From positions 2,865,937-2,906,647 of the forward strand of contig NC_068989.1 in NCBI RefSeq assembly GCF_001194135.2: 40,711 nt of DNA. Direction: 5' to 3'. Of the stretch, positions 13,348-25,479 are shown in pieces. The DNA comes from Octopus bimaculoides. Taxonomy: Eukaryota. Numbering within the stretch: the stretch's first letter is position 1; each line of letters begins with the position of its first letter. The translations under genes were made by a program, and so were the position numbers. The notes beneath the pieces were generated by a model, which was given only the letters and a program-made list of their open reading frames with translations, was not told where the DNA came from and searched no databases.

Positions 13348-14082
13348 TATAGTTAGTACTATTGACATGAAACTGGCTATTTTAGCCCCAGGTCAACCTT
13401 GATCAAGGAGAACAATGACCGGAAAGGCATTTTATCTACGGCTATCCAGCGTCTATTTTCTTTCTTTCCCATTTTTTAAACCCCAGTACAGTATATTGTA
13501 GGTGTAAAGGCTGTCCAATTGGCTCGATATCAAATTTGTAATTTGAAATTTTGCTCTTAATATAGTCAGAGGAGAACGGACAACGTCCATAGCATTTGTT
13601 GGACTTCACGAACGGGTGAGATTGATGACGATGTTCATCTTGAGCATAAATATGGTAAGAGAGTAACTATTAAATACGTTGTCGGTGGCAAAGCACTCAG
13701 TACATCATGTACGTCAACCCCCATCGCCCCGTCTGGACAAGGACCTCACGGAGATTCTTAATAGAGGTATAGCATATTTTTATAAGACATTTTAGCTATG
13801 TGGTATTCAGTTGAGCATAGAGAGCATGTAAAATCCTGCTCTCCATTCAAGACTTTTTGTAGGGATGGTGAGATGTTATTGCAATGAAAATGAGTGGTAT
13901 TAAATTGGTCCTAAGTTGCTGATAAATTGGTAATTTATGTCTATTAGTGGAACTGGGTGTGACACTGTGTAATCTACTGCTTGAAAAAGTAGCAGTTTGG
14001 AATTTATTTTCCATATGTATTTTAACTACTTAAATTTCCACGTTAAATAACGTTCAGTCCGAAACATTTCTACTGCTGACAA

Positions 14083-14250
14083 GGAAGACTATGTGGTCAC
14101 CCAGCCTATTAGAAGTAGTAGCCAAATTAATTCACATTACCACTGAAATATAGAAGGACGCATTCGGTAATAAAGCTTATAATAAAAGAAACACAGCTTT
14201 GATCATGAATCTGGTTGATTAGGCCTGGTTTTCCTATGATAAACAACAAT
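14083..14250 (+). repeat. Family C repeat, diverged
   Basis: ctatgtggtcacccagcctattagaagtagtagccaaat...ctttgatcatg...aaacaacaa. Confidence 0.6.
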
Positions 14251-14852
14251 CCTAAAAGACCATTGCAAGCGACGAATATTGACCACGTACATCTGATGTA
14301 GTCGTTTATCTGCATCTACGAGATTTCGTGTAATGTGGAGTCTTGTCAACCAGTCAGATATTTTTTAACTTCTTCTATACACACATACGAACATGTAATT
14401 AGAGAATTCCCTGAGATACTAAGATATGGGATTGGTACTTTGTGTATGTGTTGAATAACTGACACGAAACACGTGATTCAGCAAAGGCCATGCGAAAAGA
14501 AAAACAAGCATTTACCAGTGACCCATTACACTATAATATATCAAGTCGTTGACTATTTATACCCCCTTTTCAATCGATTAGAAACGAAAGAAAAACATAG
14601 ACATGACAATTTTTATATCTTAGATGTTTGTATAAGAAAATAGGGGAATTCTTAGGGGTTTTCTGGAATCATCTGACCTGATAGGTGCTTAACTGCTAAA
14701 AGGTTGCAGGATAAAACTTAAGCAGAAAGGGTTTGTTCCGAAAGTTGCAGTTCAGGATGATCGAAAGTTGCAGTTCAGGATGATCGAAAGCCAATTCAGA
14801 ACCAAGCTCAGGGTCCTACAATTCAAATGCCTAAACTCTAAAGCATTTTTAA

Positions 14853-14990
14853 GGGCAGGCACAAGTTTTGGGGAGGTGGAGAGTCAAAGTTATCCTTGGC
14901 AGCAATTGAACTCGGAATATAAAAAGCTGGAAGAAACGCCACTAAGCATTTTGTCTGATGTGCTAACCATTCTGCTAGCTCACTACTTTT
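14853..14990 (-). mobile_element. SINE family K, old internally deleted copy
   Basis: ggcacaag...ttgaactcgg...ccactaagcattttgtctgatgtgctaaccattctgctagctcac resembles 22690-22901. Confidence 0.7.
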
Positions 14991-15074
14991 GGTTTATCTC
15001 TAATATTCTCAGATGATATGATCTGATAGTGAGAGAGCAGATCCAGAATCAAAGCTTTCTAGCCCAATCCTATT

Positions 15075-15180
15075 TTCAGACAATATATCTAGTACTATAT
15101 TATTAACACAATAGGGTGTGGTTTTGGGGAAATTTAGCTGTCATTACTAGCTGGTCAAACAACCACATAGTGGAGGTCTA
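15075..15180 (-). repeat. Family C repeat fragment
   Basis: tagggtgtggttttgggggaaatttagctgtcattactagctggtcaaacaaccacatag. Confidence 0.6.
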
Positions 15181-15459
15181 GGCTCATGACAGGTGAAAGC
15201 AGTAAGGTGAATAGAATTGTGTATGATCTGTAGAAATGTCTGGAGTGAGTATACACCAAATCGGGTGCCACACCCTAAAATCTTGTGATTCTAAATACAC
15301 TATCACTCAGTTTAGCTTCCTGAAAGTTCCATCTTGACCTCAGTAGCAGGATTCTACAACTTGAGCAGGAGGGAATTTGAGGAATGGCTCAGCAGATTGA
15401 AGGATTTGTGAAGGATATTAGTGATAACACTATTGTGATAATGGTAGTTGTGGAAGAAT

Positions 15460-15469
15460 NNNNNNNNNN
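15460..15469. other. Assembly gap (10 N) next to a poly-G run
   Basis: N characters. Confidence 1.
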
Positions 15470-15775
15470 GGGGGGGGGGGGTAAAAAAATAGCAGCATTT
15501 GGGAGTATATATTTTGGAAATAACTTGATTCAGTGCAGCCAACATATGTGATAGTAAATTCAAGATATTAAGTAGATATTAAAACATGTAAAAGTTTAAA
15601 CATCCATAACTAATGTTGGTTTTAAAAAATGTAATCGTTACATACAGATGATATATCCATACAATATACAAGTAAGTTCTCTCTGGGTTTATGTTTACAG
15701 CTTAGGTTCAGATTTAAAATTTATGTTCACAAATATGCTTTACATTTAACCATACACTGCCCATATATTATCTCA

Positions 15776-16094
15776 TTACACACACACTCTCCATATATTT
15801 ATATATACATCTATACAAACATGTATGTATATACACACACACACATCTATATATACGCGTATGCATATACACGCACATCTATACATACATGTAGGCGTAT
15901 ACACACATCTATACATACATGTATGCGCATACACACATCTATACATACATGTATGCGTATACATACACATGCATATACACACACATCTATACAAACATCT
16001 CTAGAAACATACATGTATGCATACACACACACGTGCATACACATACATGTATGGACATACATATACATACACGTATGGACACACATACATACAT

Positions 16095-16129
<35 letters not shown>

Positions 16130-16216
16130 AAAGATATACAGTCAATACTCATACACACGTGTATTATATATGCATATATATTATACATCCAACAATTCAC
16201 TTCATATATATATATA

Positions 16217-16280
<64 letters not shown>

Positions 16281-16837
16281 NNNNNNNNNNNNNNNNNNNN
16301 NNNNNNNNNNNNNNNNNNNNNNNNNNNNNNNNNNNNNNNNNNATACATATATATACATACATATACATACATACATATACATATATATACATACATATAC
16401 ATATATATACATACATATACATATATATACATACATATACATACATACATATACATATATATACATACATATACATACATATACATATATATACATATAT
16501 ATACATATACATACATACATATACATACATATACATACATACATATACATACATACATATACATATATATACATACATATACATACATATACATATATAT
16601 ACATACATATACATACATATACATACATATACATATATATATACACACACACAGAATTTTTATTTTATACAATTTCCCAACTACAATATATGCCTCACAA
16701 ACTACAGTTCATTAATATTCAAAATTACACACACTACATCACTTCAGCTTCTTGTTCATGCTTACATATTGCCATGGAAATCTAAAATATTAAACACTAT
16801 ATAACACACACACACACACATATATATTATACATATA

Positions 16838-16912
<75 letters not shown>

Positions 16913-17348
16913 CCATAGTTCATTCAGGTCGAGAGCTATACATAGAAATTTGATTACTCAGGCCCAATAATATATACATACGTTATATATTATACACACA
17001 TTATTAGTATACCAGCGCTAAATATATATATATATATGTACCTCAAAAATGTGTGTGCGTATATATATTCCTAAGTATACACACACACACAGACGGTCAC
17101 ATGCGTAAACACTAACACATGCGTTTTATATATATACCATTTGGCTTATTGACAGAACTATTTTGAATGTGTATCACTGTACACCGAACATCATATACAT
17201 ACATACGTCTATAGAACACATTATATATATTTTCAACAACGGGTATATATGCATAGTGCACTGGTATTTCATACACACAAACATCTACATACCTACAGAT
17301 GTATACTATAAACATACAAGGTCATATGAGCGCGCAACATACACACAC

Positions 17349-17387
<39 letters not shown>

Positions 17388-17640
17388 CGCACATTTATAT
17401 ACACACTACTACCATATGCATACATTCGTCTACGAAAGTATATTTGTATATCTGTATTATACACACGTACAGACCCAGTGAAACATACATACATTCAATT
17501 ATGGATTTATATATATATATATATACATATGTATGAGTATGTTTATACATGAAACTTACATATACACAGAAGCAAACATTATACACACAGACAACACCCG
17601 TGCACATTATATAGACATTATACACACCAGACATATACAC
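15776..17640. repeat. Compound (CA)n/(TA)n/(TACA)n low-complexity block, including a ~30-bp minisatellite (about 15810-15990) and an N gap at 16281-16342
   Basis: Direct reading. The unit acacacatctatacatacatgtatgcg(c/t)at repeats in tandem at 15901-15960. All Y/I/H/T/M/C/V-rich ORFs here are artefacts. Confidence 0.95.
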
Positions 17641-20264
17641 TCACAAAAGATGTGTATTATTTAACAAAGGAGGGAATAAATAAATACATATATATGGCTA
17701 ATAATATACTTTTATTTTATACTTACTTATTCGTAATTTCAGGCTACTACTCTTCCGTTTTCGACTCATCTTGAAGTATTTAAAAACGTCAATTAAACCA
17801 GGTATCGACACCGTGTTGCAATTTTAACGATTTCAACCCCAAACGGAAGAAGTCAAATTAATATATACACCTATATATATGTGTATGTGAGTGTCTGAAT
17901 GAAAGGGATAGACGATATAATGTTGCCTTACATGTGTGACTGTATAAATAATATATACATATATATATAGATATATGAATATGTAAATATTGGAAAGGAG
18001 TGTGAGTGAGAGAGGGAGGAGGAGGAATCGTTCTCTTCCCCAGAGAGAAGATAAAGTCGGAGAAATTATACGGAATTAATAAATTTCGGGAATAATATTT
18101 GTTTGAAAGTTGGTCGTTGGTGTACAAAGAATTGGAGGTATTACAATTATTGCTGTGTTTTTTGGGTTTTTTTTTTTTTTTTTTAGGGTGTAAGTGTGAC
18201 GGGAGCGCGGCTGTCTGAGTGTTGATGACGACGAGATAGCGCCATGTCAGAAGAAGGTAGTTGAAGAGAAGGAAAGAGAGAGGAAGATAAGGATAGAGAG
18301 AGGGGGGAAGAGAGAGGATGAGTGTATGTAACCCTTATGAGAATGAGGGAGAGGACGAGTGTATGTAACCCTTTGAGTGAGTGAGAGTGAGTTAGCAGAC
18401 GATATGTTAGAAGAATCAAACAATAAAGACCAATATATATGTAACCAATATTAATAACAACTATATAATAATAATAGTAATAATAATAATGGTAATGATA
18501 ATAATATAAATATTGGCAATATACACACGTGCATGTGCATGTATCTATTTATGTAATTAAATAGTGTGGATAGCTAAAGTTTTCTAGTTTTATGAATCTC
18601 TTACAAATATTCGTATCTATTTATATTGTATACACGGCTCACTACTTCCAGTAAATTCTATATTTATGATATATTTCTCTCTTTATATACAGATACATAC
18701 ACATACAGTATGTATATTAGGTTGAATGTCCGTGTATAATTTAGTGGCGATTTAGATTATGAGTACGTTTCGATTACACACTTATAAAGAAATAGTAGTT
18801 GCAGGGTTAACGAGAAACTACCATAGAGGAATGGTTTTGTAGATACACAGAGGGTGGGGAAATTTGCTTGAAGGAAATAAATATATATTCAAAGACTATA
18901 TCCCAAATTCTTCCCCTCTGTTTTGCACACGCTCACTGTCTATAGATTCCCCCTGTCTGCTATTATACTAAGCATCTGTTCATTATCTCTAACTGGTTCT
19001 TTCTTAATCTATTTCCGTCTTTTCTTCATCCATTCCCCCCTGCATCTATCAGTCTATCTTCCTTCCTATTTACTGTTGTAGAAGAGAATTCCTCGGATTC
19101 ACTTTACGACCAACAACAGCAGCAGTTCACATCGCATTACTTCCACTTTTTGTGACCAAAAAGCAAAAAAAAAAAAATCGCTACGGTTTCAAATTCTTTG
19201 TCTAATTCGGGCAATGAACGGAGAAAATTAAATTCTTAAAAACCGTTTATCTTTTTCAATATCAACATACATATTTATATATTCCAATTTTGCGTTTATG
19301 GTGAGCAGCATTCTTCATATATTTATTTCACTGAAGTGTTATATATTCGTTTGATCAATACGGTACTGTTTATTTTTAAAATACGCTGTTTTCCAGTCTT
19401 CGATTTGTTTCTTTTGGGGCATACATTTGAATAAAAAAAGAAACAATCCTTTTTTCCTTGTTTTTAAATTAGCTTTCCCTCACATATAGATGTTTCTGGA
19501 AATACCCTTCCTATCAACCCATATCTACTGAATATACCAAATTGTTATGTTACAATTCTTTCTTTCGAAAGTATCTTTTACTTTAACTTGCAAACCTTCC
19601 CTGATATTTCATGGCCTTCTGCCTAAGATGTTACATCAGTTCTGCTTCTCTGCCCCACATAGTATTAGAACTATTCGCCGCTGCTTTTGACAACAAACTG
19701 CTCAGATGTACCCCTGGTCTATGGAATATAACATTCCTCGTGCATTTTAACAATAATTTATGGCATAATCCAAAGAGAACACGTTTTTTAACCCAAAAAT
19801 TCTAATTTTCTAATATTATTTTCTCACATTAGTCTCTATGCGCCCTGCGTGGCAATATCCACTGGGTCCGACTGTTTTTAATAAATATGTAAAAAAAAAA
19901 AAGTTAATGATTAATTATATGATCCATACTAGTCATCATCAAATATGATAATGATTCTTAGATATAACAACATGGTTTTCTAAGTGACAGTCGTTACGTT
20001 CATTCATTTCCCCAAAAACATTTAGAGGCGAAACCTGAAATCGAAACCACTTTCAACTCAATATCTGAGTATAGGAGATTTATGGCATTATGGCTGTTGA
20101 ATATATAGAAAGGGACTCAGCATCATCGATATGTATGTATATCCGAGAGACACTGAACTTGGAACTAAGAAGCCAGTGAAACACTCGTCACTAACATAGT
20201 GTTGCCACTGCCTACAGTATCGAAGTACATCAGCCTGTGCTCCCAACGTATTATTGAATCAACA

Positions 20265-20470
20265 ACGGATCCTCGAGGTAGTCACTCGATCCGTTAGAAA
20301 TAGCAGCCAAATATCCCTCAACTCATACCCTACTGTCTTTTAAAAAAGTCTAATAATACTAGTTACATTATGTATGAAATACAAAAACGCCGGGGTAGTC
20401 ATAGCTGGAACGCCTCTGATCATAAGCCTGTTTGCTCGATCGCGGTGACCTGGAGTCTAAAAAACAACAC
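20265..20470 (+). repeat. Family C repeat, most complete copy in the window
   Basis: gaggtagtcactcgatccgttagaaatagcagccaaatatccctcaactcataccctactgtctttaaaaa...ggtagtcatagctggaacgcctctgatcataag...gacctggagtctaaaaaacaacac. Confidence 0.75.
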
Positions 20471-20500
20471 AAAGTCGGTGACTTATCATATCGACACTTC

Positions 20501-20544
<44 letters not shown>

Positions 20545-20729
20545 GTATGTATATACACACATACACACAGATATATACATACATGTATGTACATATGTAT
20601 ATATAAAATTGTGTGTTCAGCATAAATAATGTGAAATGACTTATAATAATATCATTATCTATATTTGATATTTGACAAACGACTGTAAATGTTAGAGGGG
20701 GTGGGGAGTAACCCCGGTTCTCTGAAAGG

Positions 20730-20852
20730 GAGGTATCTATGTGGTTGCCTGATCTGTTAGAAATAGCAGTCAAATAAATAGCCTAAGAACCACACCCTAT
20801 CATATTTTCCCCCGTCAAAAAGAAGGGCATATAGAATAATGTAGTCTGAAAC
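20730..20852 (+). repeat. Family C repeat, 5' part
   Basis: ctatgtggttgcctgatctgttagaaatagcagtcaaat...cacaccctatc...ataatgtagtc. Confidence 0.7.
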
Positions 20853-21521
20853 GAATGTGTTTGATTATAGATCTGTCGATTTGGGCTGAATTGGCGGTAA
20901 GCGACATTTTTTTGTCAAATGCAAATTAAATCATTTATAGAAATAAACAATAAAATGCAACATTTTCTATTGAATAATTTATGTGTCACGTATGCCCCGC
21001 AGATACGGGGATAGTTATAGCGGTGTATGAAGAACAGCCAGCGAATTTGTTGTATCAGCCACTCTACTTCACCTGATACAATCCCCAGGCCTGACAATTT
21101 TAATCCCAATTTGAAGGAAGAGAGCGACAATCTGGGGACCCAGGATAGTGAGTCTCAATAGCGACCGGCGCGAAAACGAATCTGTCCGTCAATAGCTCCG
21201 ACTTAATGATTTTTCTGTTCCTCTGCATAGAAGGTGACAACTCCCAAGTAGGTGACAACTCCCAAGGTAGGAGATTGTGTCAAAATGCATGGTAACCCAG
21301 ATGGGTAACATGCCCTCTTCGTGCAGAGAAAAGGATTATCTCGTCAGGATGTCTGTCACTGCCATAGTCGAGGCTACCAGTTCTTAGTTGTGAGCGAAAA
21401 GAGCAGAGTTGGGGACTCATTTTAATAATAATATCGTTAAGTATGGTGAGGCGAGGGCAATATTTCGCACGATGTCAAAAAGCAGCGAGCCCAATCCGAA
21501 CACGGTTATGTTTTTTTGACC

Positions 21522-21735
21522 GAGGCAGCAAGCTGACAGAATCGTTAGCTCGTCGGACAGAATGCTCAGCGGTATTTCTTCCGGCTCTTTACGTTCTGAG
21601 TTCCAATTCCGCTGAAATCGACATTGCCATTCATTATTTTGGAATTGATCAAATAAGTACCAACCGAGCACTGGAATCGATACAATCGATTTTTTCCTCC
21701 CCTAAAACTGCTGCTCTGGTGCCAGAATTTCAAAA
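21522..21735 (+). mobile_element. SINE family K, diverged full-length copy
   Basis: gaggcagcaagctgacagaatcgttagc...tttacgttctgagttccaattcc...aaataagtacca...atcgat...cctcccctaaaa. Confidence 0.8.
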
Positions 21736-21904
21736 GCCCGGAGAGACGTTTGAATTCAGAACATAAGTACGTTTAACTAATTAACTACCAGTCAATCATC
21801 CTTGATAATATTTACTTCTAACATGAGAACAGTGTATGGGAACCTGGAAGGATGTCAAGCCAAGTGTACCTCGCCAGGATTCGAGTCCTAGGAATCCTAG
21901 GGTC

Positions 21905-22121
21905 GGTTACTCAGTTTCCATGGCATACAAGTGACCGAGATCACAACATTCCCCCGCTGAAAGGGGCACCGGTCCACCGAAAGGTTACTCGTTTGCGGAT
22001 GAGTGGCCTGGAGTAACACGAAATGAAGTGTTTTGCTTATGAACACGATGCACCGCCCGGTTCGAAAATCGAAACTACGATCTTGCAATCGTAAGTGCAA
22101 CACTAACCACTAAGCCACGAT
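21905..22121 (-). mobile_element. SINE family B, diverged copy
   Basis: Minus strand reads gtggcttagtggttagtgttgcacttacgattgcaagatcgtagtttcgatt...gcaaaacacttcatttcgtgttactccaggccactca. Same head and body as 8597-8915. Confidence 0.75.
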
Positions 22122-22294
22122 CGCAAGCTCTATGAGTTCGAGGACTCCAGAGAGTAATGTCCAAGGGTTGTTATTGTTGCTGCTGCTGATTGTGATGAAT
22201 GAAAGACGGAATGGTCATGACTGGAATACCTTTGATTGCAAGTCTGTGGGATCAGGGCTCATTCGGGGCTAAACAGCTCGAAAACCAGAAATCT

Positions 22295-22500
22295 AGGACA
22301 AGTGTCTCGGGTCGACCAAAGCCTTGTAAAGTGGATTTGGTAGACGGAAACTGAAAGAAACCCGTCGTGTGTGTGTATGTATGTATGTATGCGCGTGTCT
22401 TCGTGTTTGTCATCCCCCCCCCCACCGCTTGACAATTGGTGTTGGTGTGTTTATGTACCCATAACTTAGAGATTCGGCCAAAGTAACCGATAGAATAAGT
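22295..22500 (+). mobile_element. SINE family A, central fragment
   Basis: ccaaagccttgtaaagtggatttggtagacggaaactgaaagaaacccgtcg...(TG/TATG)n...ccgcttgacaattggtgttgg...accgatagaataagt. Confidence 0.85.
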
Positions 22501-22519
22501 TCGAGAGACAGAAAAAGAG

Positions 22520-22675
22520 ACTCTATGTGGTCGCTCGGCCTTCTAGAATATCAGTTAAATCTTCCTCGAATTATACTCTACAGTTTTCGAAAAGAAGGAC
22601 AGCAATGCTGGATAATGTAGCTTATGCATAAAGAAAAACGTGATGGTCACGGCCGGAAGTTAAAGCGTCATCGGC
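22520..22675 (+). repeat. Family C repeat
   Basis: ctctatgtggtcgctcggccttctagaatatcag...ggataatgtag...gatggtcacggccgg. Confidence 0.65.
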
Positions 22676-22689
22676 AACAATGAAATAAT

Positions 22690-22901
22690 CCTTTCTGCTA
22701 AAGGCACAAGGCCTGAATTTTCGGGGAGGGGACAAGTCAATTACATCAACCCCATGTTTCACTGGTACTTAATTTATCGACTCCGAAAGGATGAAAGGCA
22801 AAGTCGACCTCGGCAGAATTTGAACTCAGGACGTAGCAACAGGCGAAATACCGCTAAGCATTTCGTCCGGCGTGCTAACGATTCTGCCAGCTCGCTGCCT
22901 T
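22690..22901 (-). mobile_element. SINE family K, full-length, with 16-bp target-site duplication (1 mismatch)
   Basis: Minus strand begins aaggcagcgagctggcagaatcgttagcacgccggacgaaatgcttagcgg. Flanks are gcaacaatgaaataat (22674-22689) and gcaacactgaaataat (22903-22918). Confidence 0.9.
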
Positions 22902-23199
22902 AGCAACACTGAAATAATACCCGATCCAACGTGTGAGTTCCTACATCAATGGTTTTCATCCGGGGTCCACATGACTCTTGGAGGTCTACATGACTCTTGG
23001 AGGTCCACGTGTCTACAATAAACAGCTGAAATTTCTTCGATGCATAAAATATTCTAACATTTTTTTTCTTCTCTACCTACAATTCTCAATAATATTTGAT
23101 TATAAAAATATTATGGGATGTTTTGAAACGTCGACTGGCTATGGAAGTCAAGTAGAGTAGAACAGAAATGAAAGGGGTCAACAGGCAAGAAATGATTGA

Positions 23200-23640
23200 G
23201 AGCCACTTGCTCCACATGGACACTTGACCTGTTAAGAAATAGCAGTGGACACTTGACCTGTTAAGAAATAGCAGTGAGGTCTCTCACAAATCATAACACG
23301 GTGTTTAAGAAAAGGACACACTGTATTATGTGTGACCCTGGGTTCCTTTCTTATAAGAAAAAGACCAGAGGATCACGGCTAGATTGCCTTTGATCAACGA
23401 TCTGCTTGAATGAGACTGACTTGGAGTTAAATATCAATAATCAGAAACTCTTAAAATTACAGGCCGTCGTCATATAAAGAAAAGGAAAGAAAAAAAAACA
23501 AACAAACAAAACGGAGACATTTCGATTATGTGATCTTGGTCCCCTGCCCGTAGGAAAAAGATAAGAAGCTCACGGCTGGATTGCCTTTGATCAAAGACCT
23601 GCTCGAATAAGGCTGACCTAGAATTAAACAACAGCTCGAA
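23200..23640 (+). repeat. Two tandem family C copies
   Basis: The 3' block (g/c)tcacggct(a/g)gattgcctttgatcaa...ctgct(t/c)gaat...gctgac/actgac...a(g/a)ttaaa occurs at about 23370-23425 and again at about 23570-23632. Confidence 0.7.
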
Positions 23641-24160
23641 ATCCTAGACCGCAGTAGTAACCCACCCTTCAAAACTGTCAAAAAATACAAACAGTTTCGC
23701 TCACAGCAAAAATATTCCTAGGTTTACTACATAATGGGTTCTACTCCACACACATGGACGCACACACAAATATATACACGACTAGGGTGTGTTTTGTTAG
23801 ATTTCACTCACATTTGTAGATACTGATCTACTAAACATCTAACAACACCAAGATCAATTTGAATGTATTCGTATAATTATTTATTTATTTATGTGTTTAT
23901 TTTATCTACAGTTTCGTCTATGTACAAAAGTGGGTGCGTAAAAAACAAACAATGTGCACAGCGTGATAATAAAAGAGAAGATATGTCACAACCACAGATC
24001 CAGATATGTAAACTCTTGTGTAAGTGTGAGCGTGTGCCTGTTTGCCTGCGCGTGCACACACACACACGTTTAGTATTGATTGTCATAACTTGACTACAGA
24101 CCCTGTACACCCATAGGTGAAACTCGGAGCAGAAAGATTCAATCTAAATAATATACACAT

Positions 24161-24364
24161 CTTTTATTCGTTTCGGTCATTAGACTGCAGCCATGTTGGG
24201 GGCATTTGCCTTGAAGAATTCTTAGACAAATGTATCGACCCCTAGCATTTATTTTCATTTTTAAGACCCGGTACTTATTCTATAGGCCTCTTATGCCGGT
24301 CCGCTAAGTTACGGGGACGTAAACGCACCAGCACCAGTTGTCAAGCGGTGGGGGACACATACAT

Positions 24365-24395
<31 letters not shown>

Positions 24396-24536
24396 CGACG
24401 GGCTTCTTTCAGTTCCCGCCTACCAAATCCACTCACAAGGCTTTGGTTGGCCCAAGGCTATAGTAGAAGGCACTTGCCTAAAAAGCCACGCAGTGGGACT
24501 GAACCCGGAACCATGTGGTTGGGCAGCAAGTTTCTT
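24161..24536 (-). mobile_element. SINE family A, near-full-length
   Basis: All family A segments present in reverse, including the internal (CA)n(TA)n tract. Confidence 0.9.
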
Positions 24537-25029
24537 CAACACATGTATATGAAGGTGGGTTTATCCTTATTCTTCACACACACACACACGTGTATGTATG
24601 AAGAGTAGGATAACCCCAAGCTTGTGTTTTTATTAAAGTTCCTGGGCGCGTTTCACCATTATGGTCGTTTGAAGCCCTTCGACAGCTGTTCCAAATAAAT
24701 ATATTTCTATGCAGGTCAAAACTTCGAAGTCACTGTCAACACTATTCTAGTTAGCAAATATTACGTACTCTATAAATGTATTGAGTAATCCTTCGGTTTA
24801 ATGTAAAATTGTTTTCGTAACTCGACATAAGCACACACACACACACACACACACAGTATCAAACGCGCGCGTTCACAGAACAAGAGTCCGACTGACTGTA
24901 GTTACCTCCCTTAATTTTGTAATTATTCATTTATTGGAATTAAATTTGCTGGCCCTAAGCCAATATTGGAAAGATTTATTCCATTGTATAGAGTTGTTGT
25001 TTAAGTTCAACCATCTATGATCTAGCAAA

Positions 25030-25190
25030 CCTTTGACCAAAATCATTGCACTCACGAAGAAAGAAATAATCCATTTGTTTATTTAAGACTAGATTATCTA
25101 ATTATCCCGCCCACCACTTTTTAGGTAGGGTGGGTCGATGTGTAGTTTTTAGGGAGATCTGTCTGCTATTTCTAGCAGGTCAAGCGATGG
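25030..25190 (-). repeat. Family C repeat, diverged
   Basis: gggagatctgtctgctatttctagcaggtcaagcga at about 25150-25187. Confidence 0.65.
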
Positions 25191-25479
25191 TATTGCAGTT
25201 ATTTTTATCGTTGTTGTCTGACTCCAGGTCAGAACTATTGAGCAACCTTCTGATAAGAAATGTTCCAGCCTTGACCATCTCGCCTGTTTCGTATTTTCAG
25301 AACTACATTATCCAGGAGAGATGTGATATGAGGGAAAATTGGTAAACAGTCTATTCATAGATTTCTTTCCCCACGTTGTCTTGAAGATGGTGAGTTGGTA
25401 GAAATAGAAGAACATCAGACTGAACACTTTTCATCATCCACAAGCTGATGTGTTTCAACTGATCCTAATGTTCCGTAGT

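Noticed and set aside
13566-13654. Plus-strand candidate exon (atatag| ... atg|gtaaga) with two open frames
   Set aside because: Isolated, with no recognisable protein and no compatible neighbouring exon.
15776-17640. Long ORFs of 150-327 aa
   Set aside because: Translations of dinucleotide repeats and N gaps.
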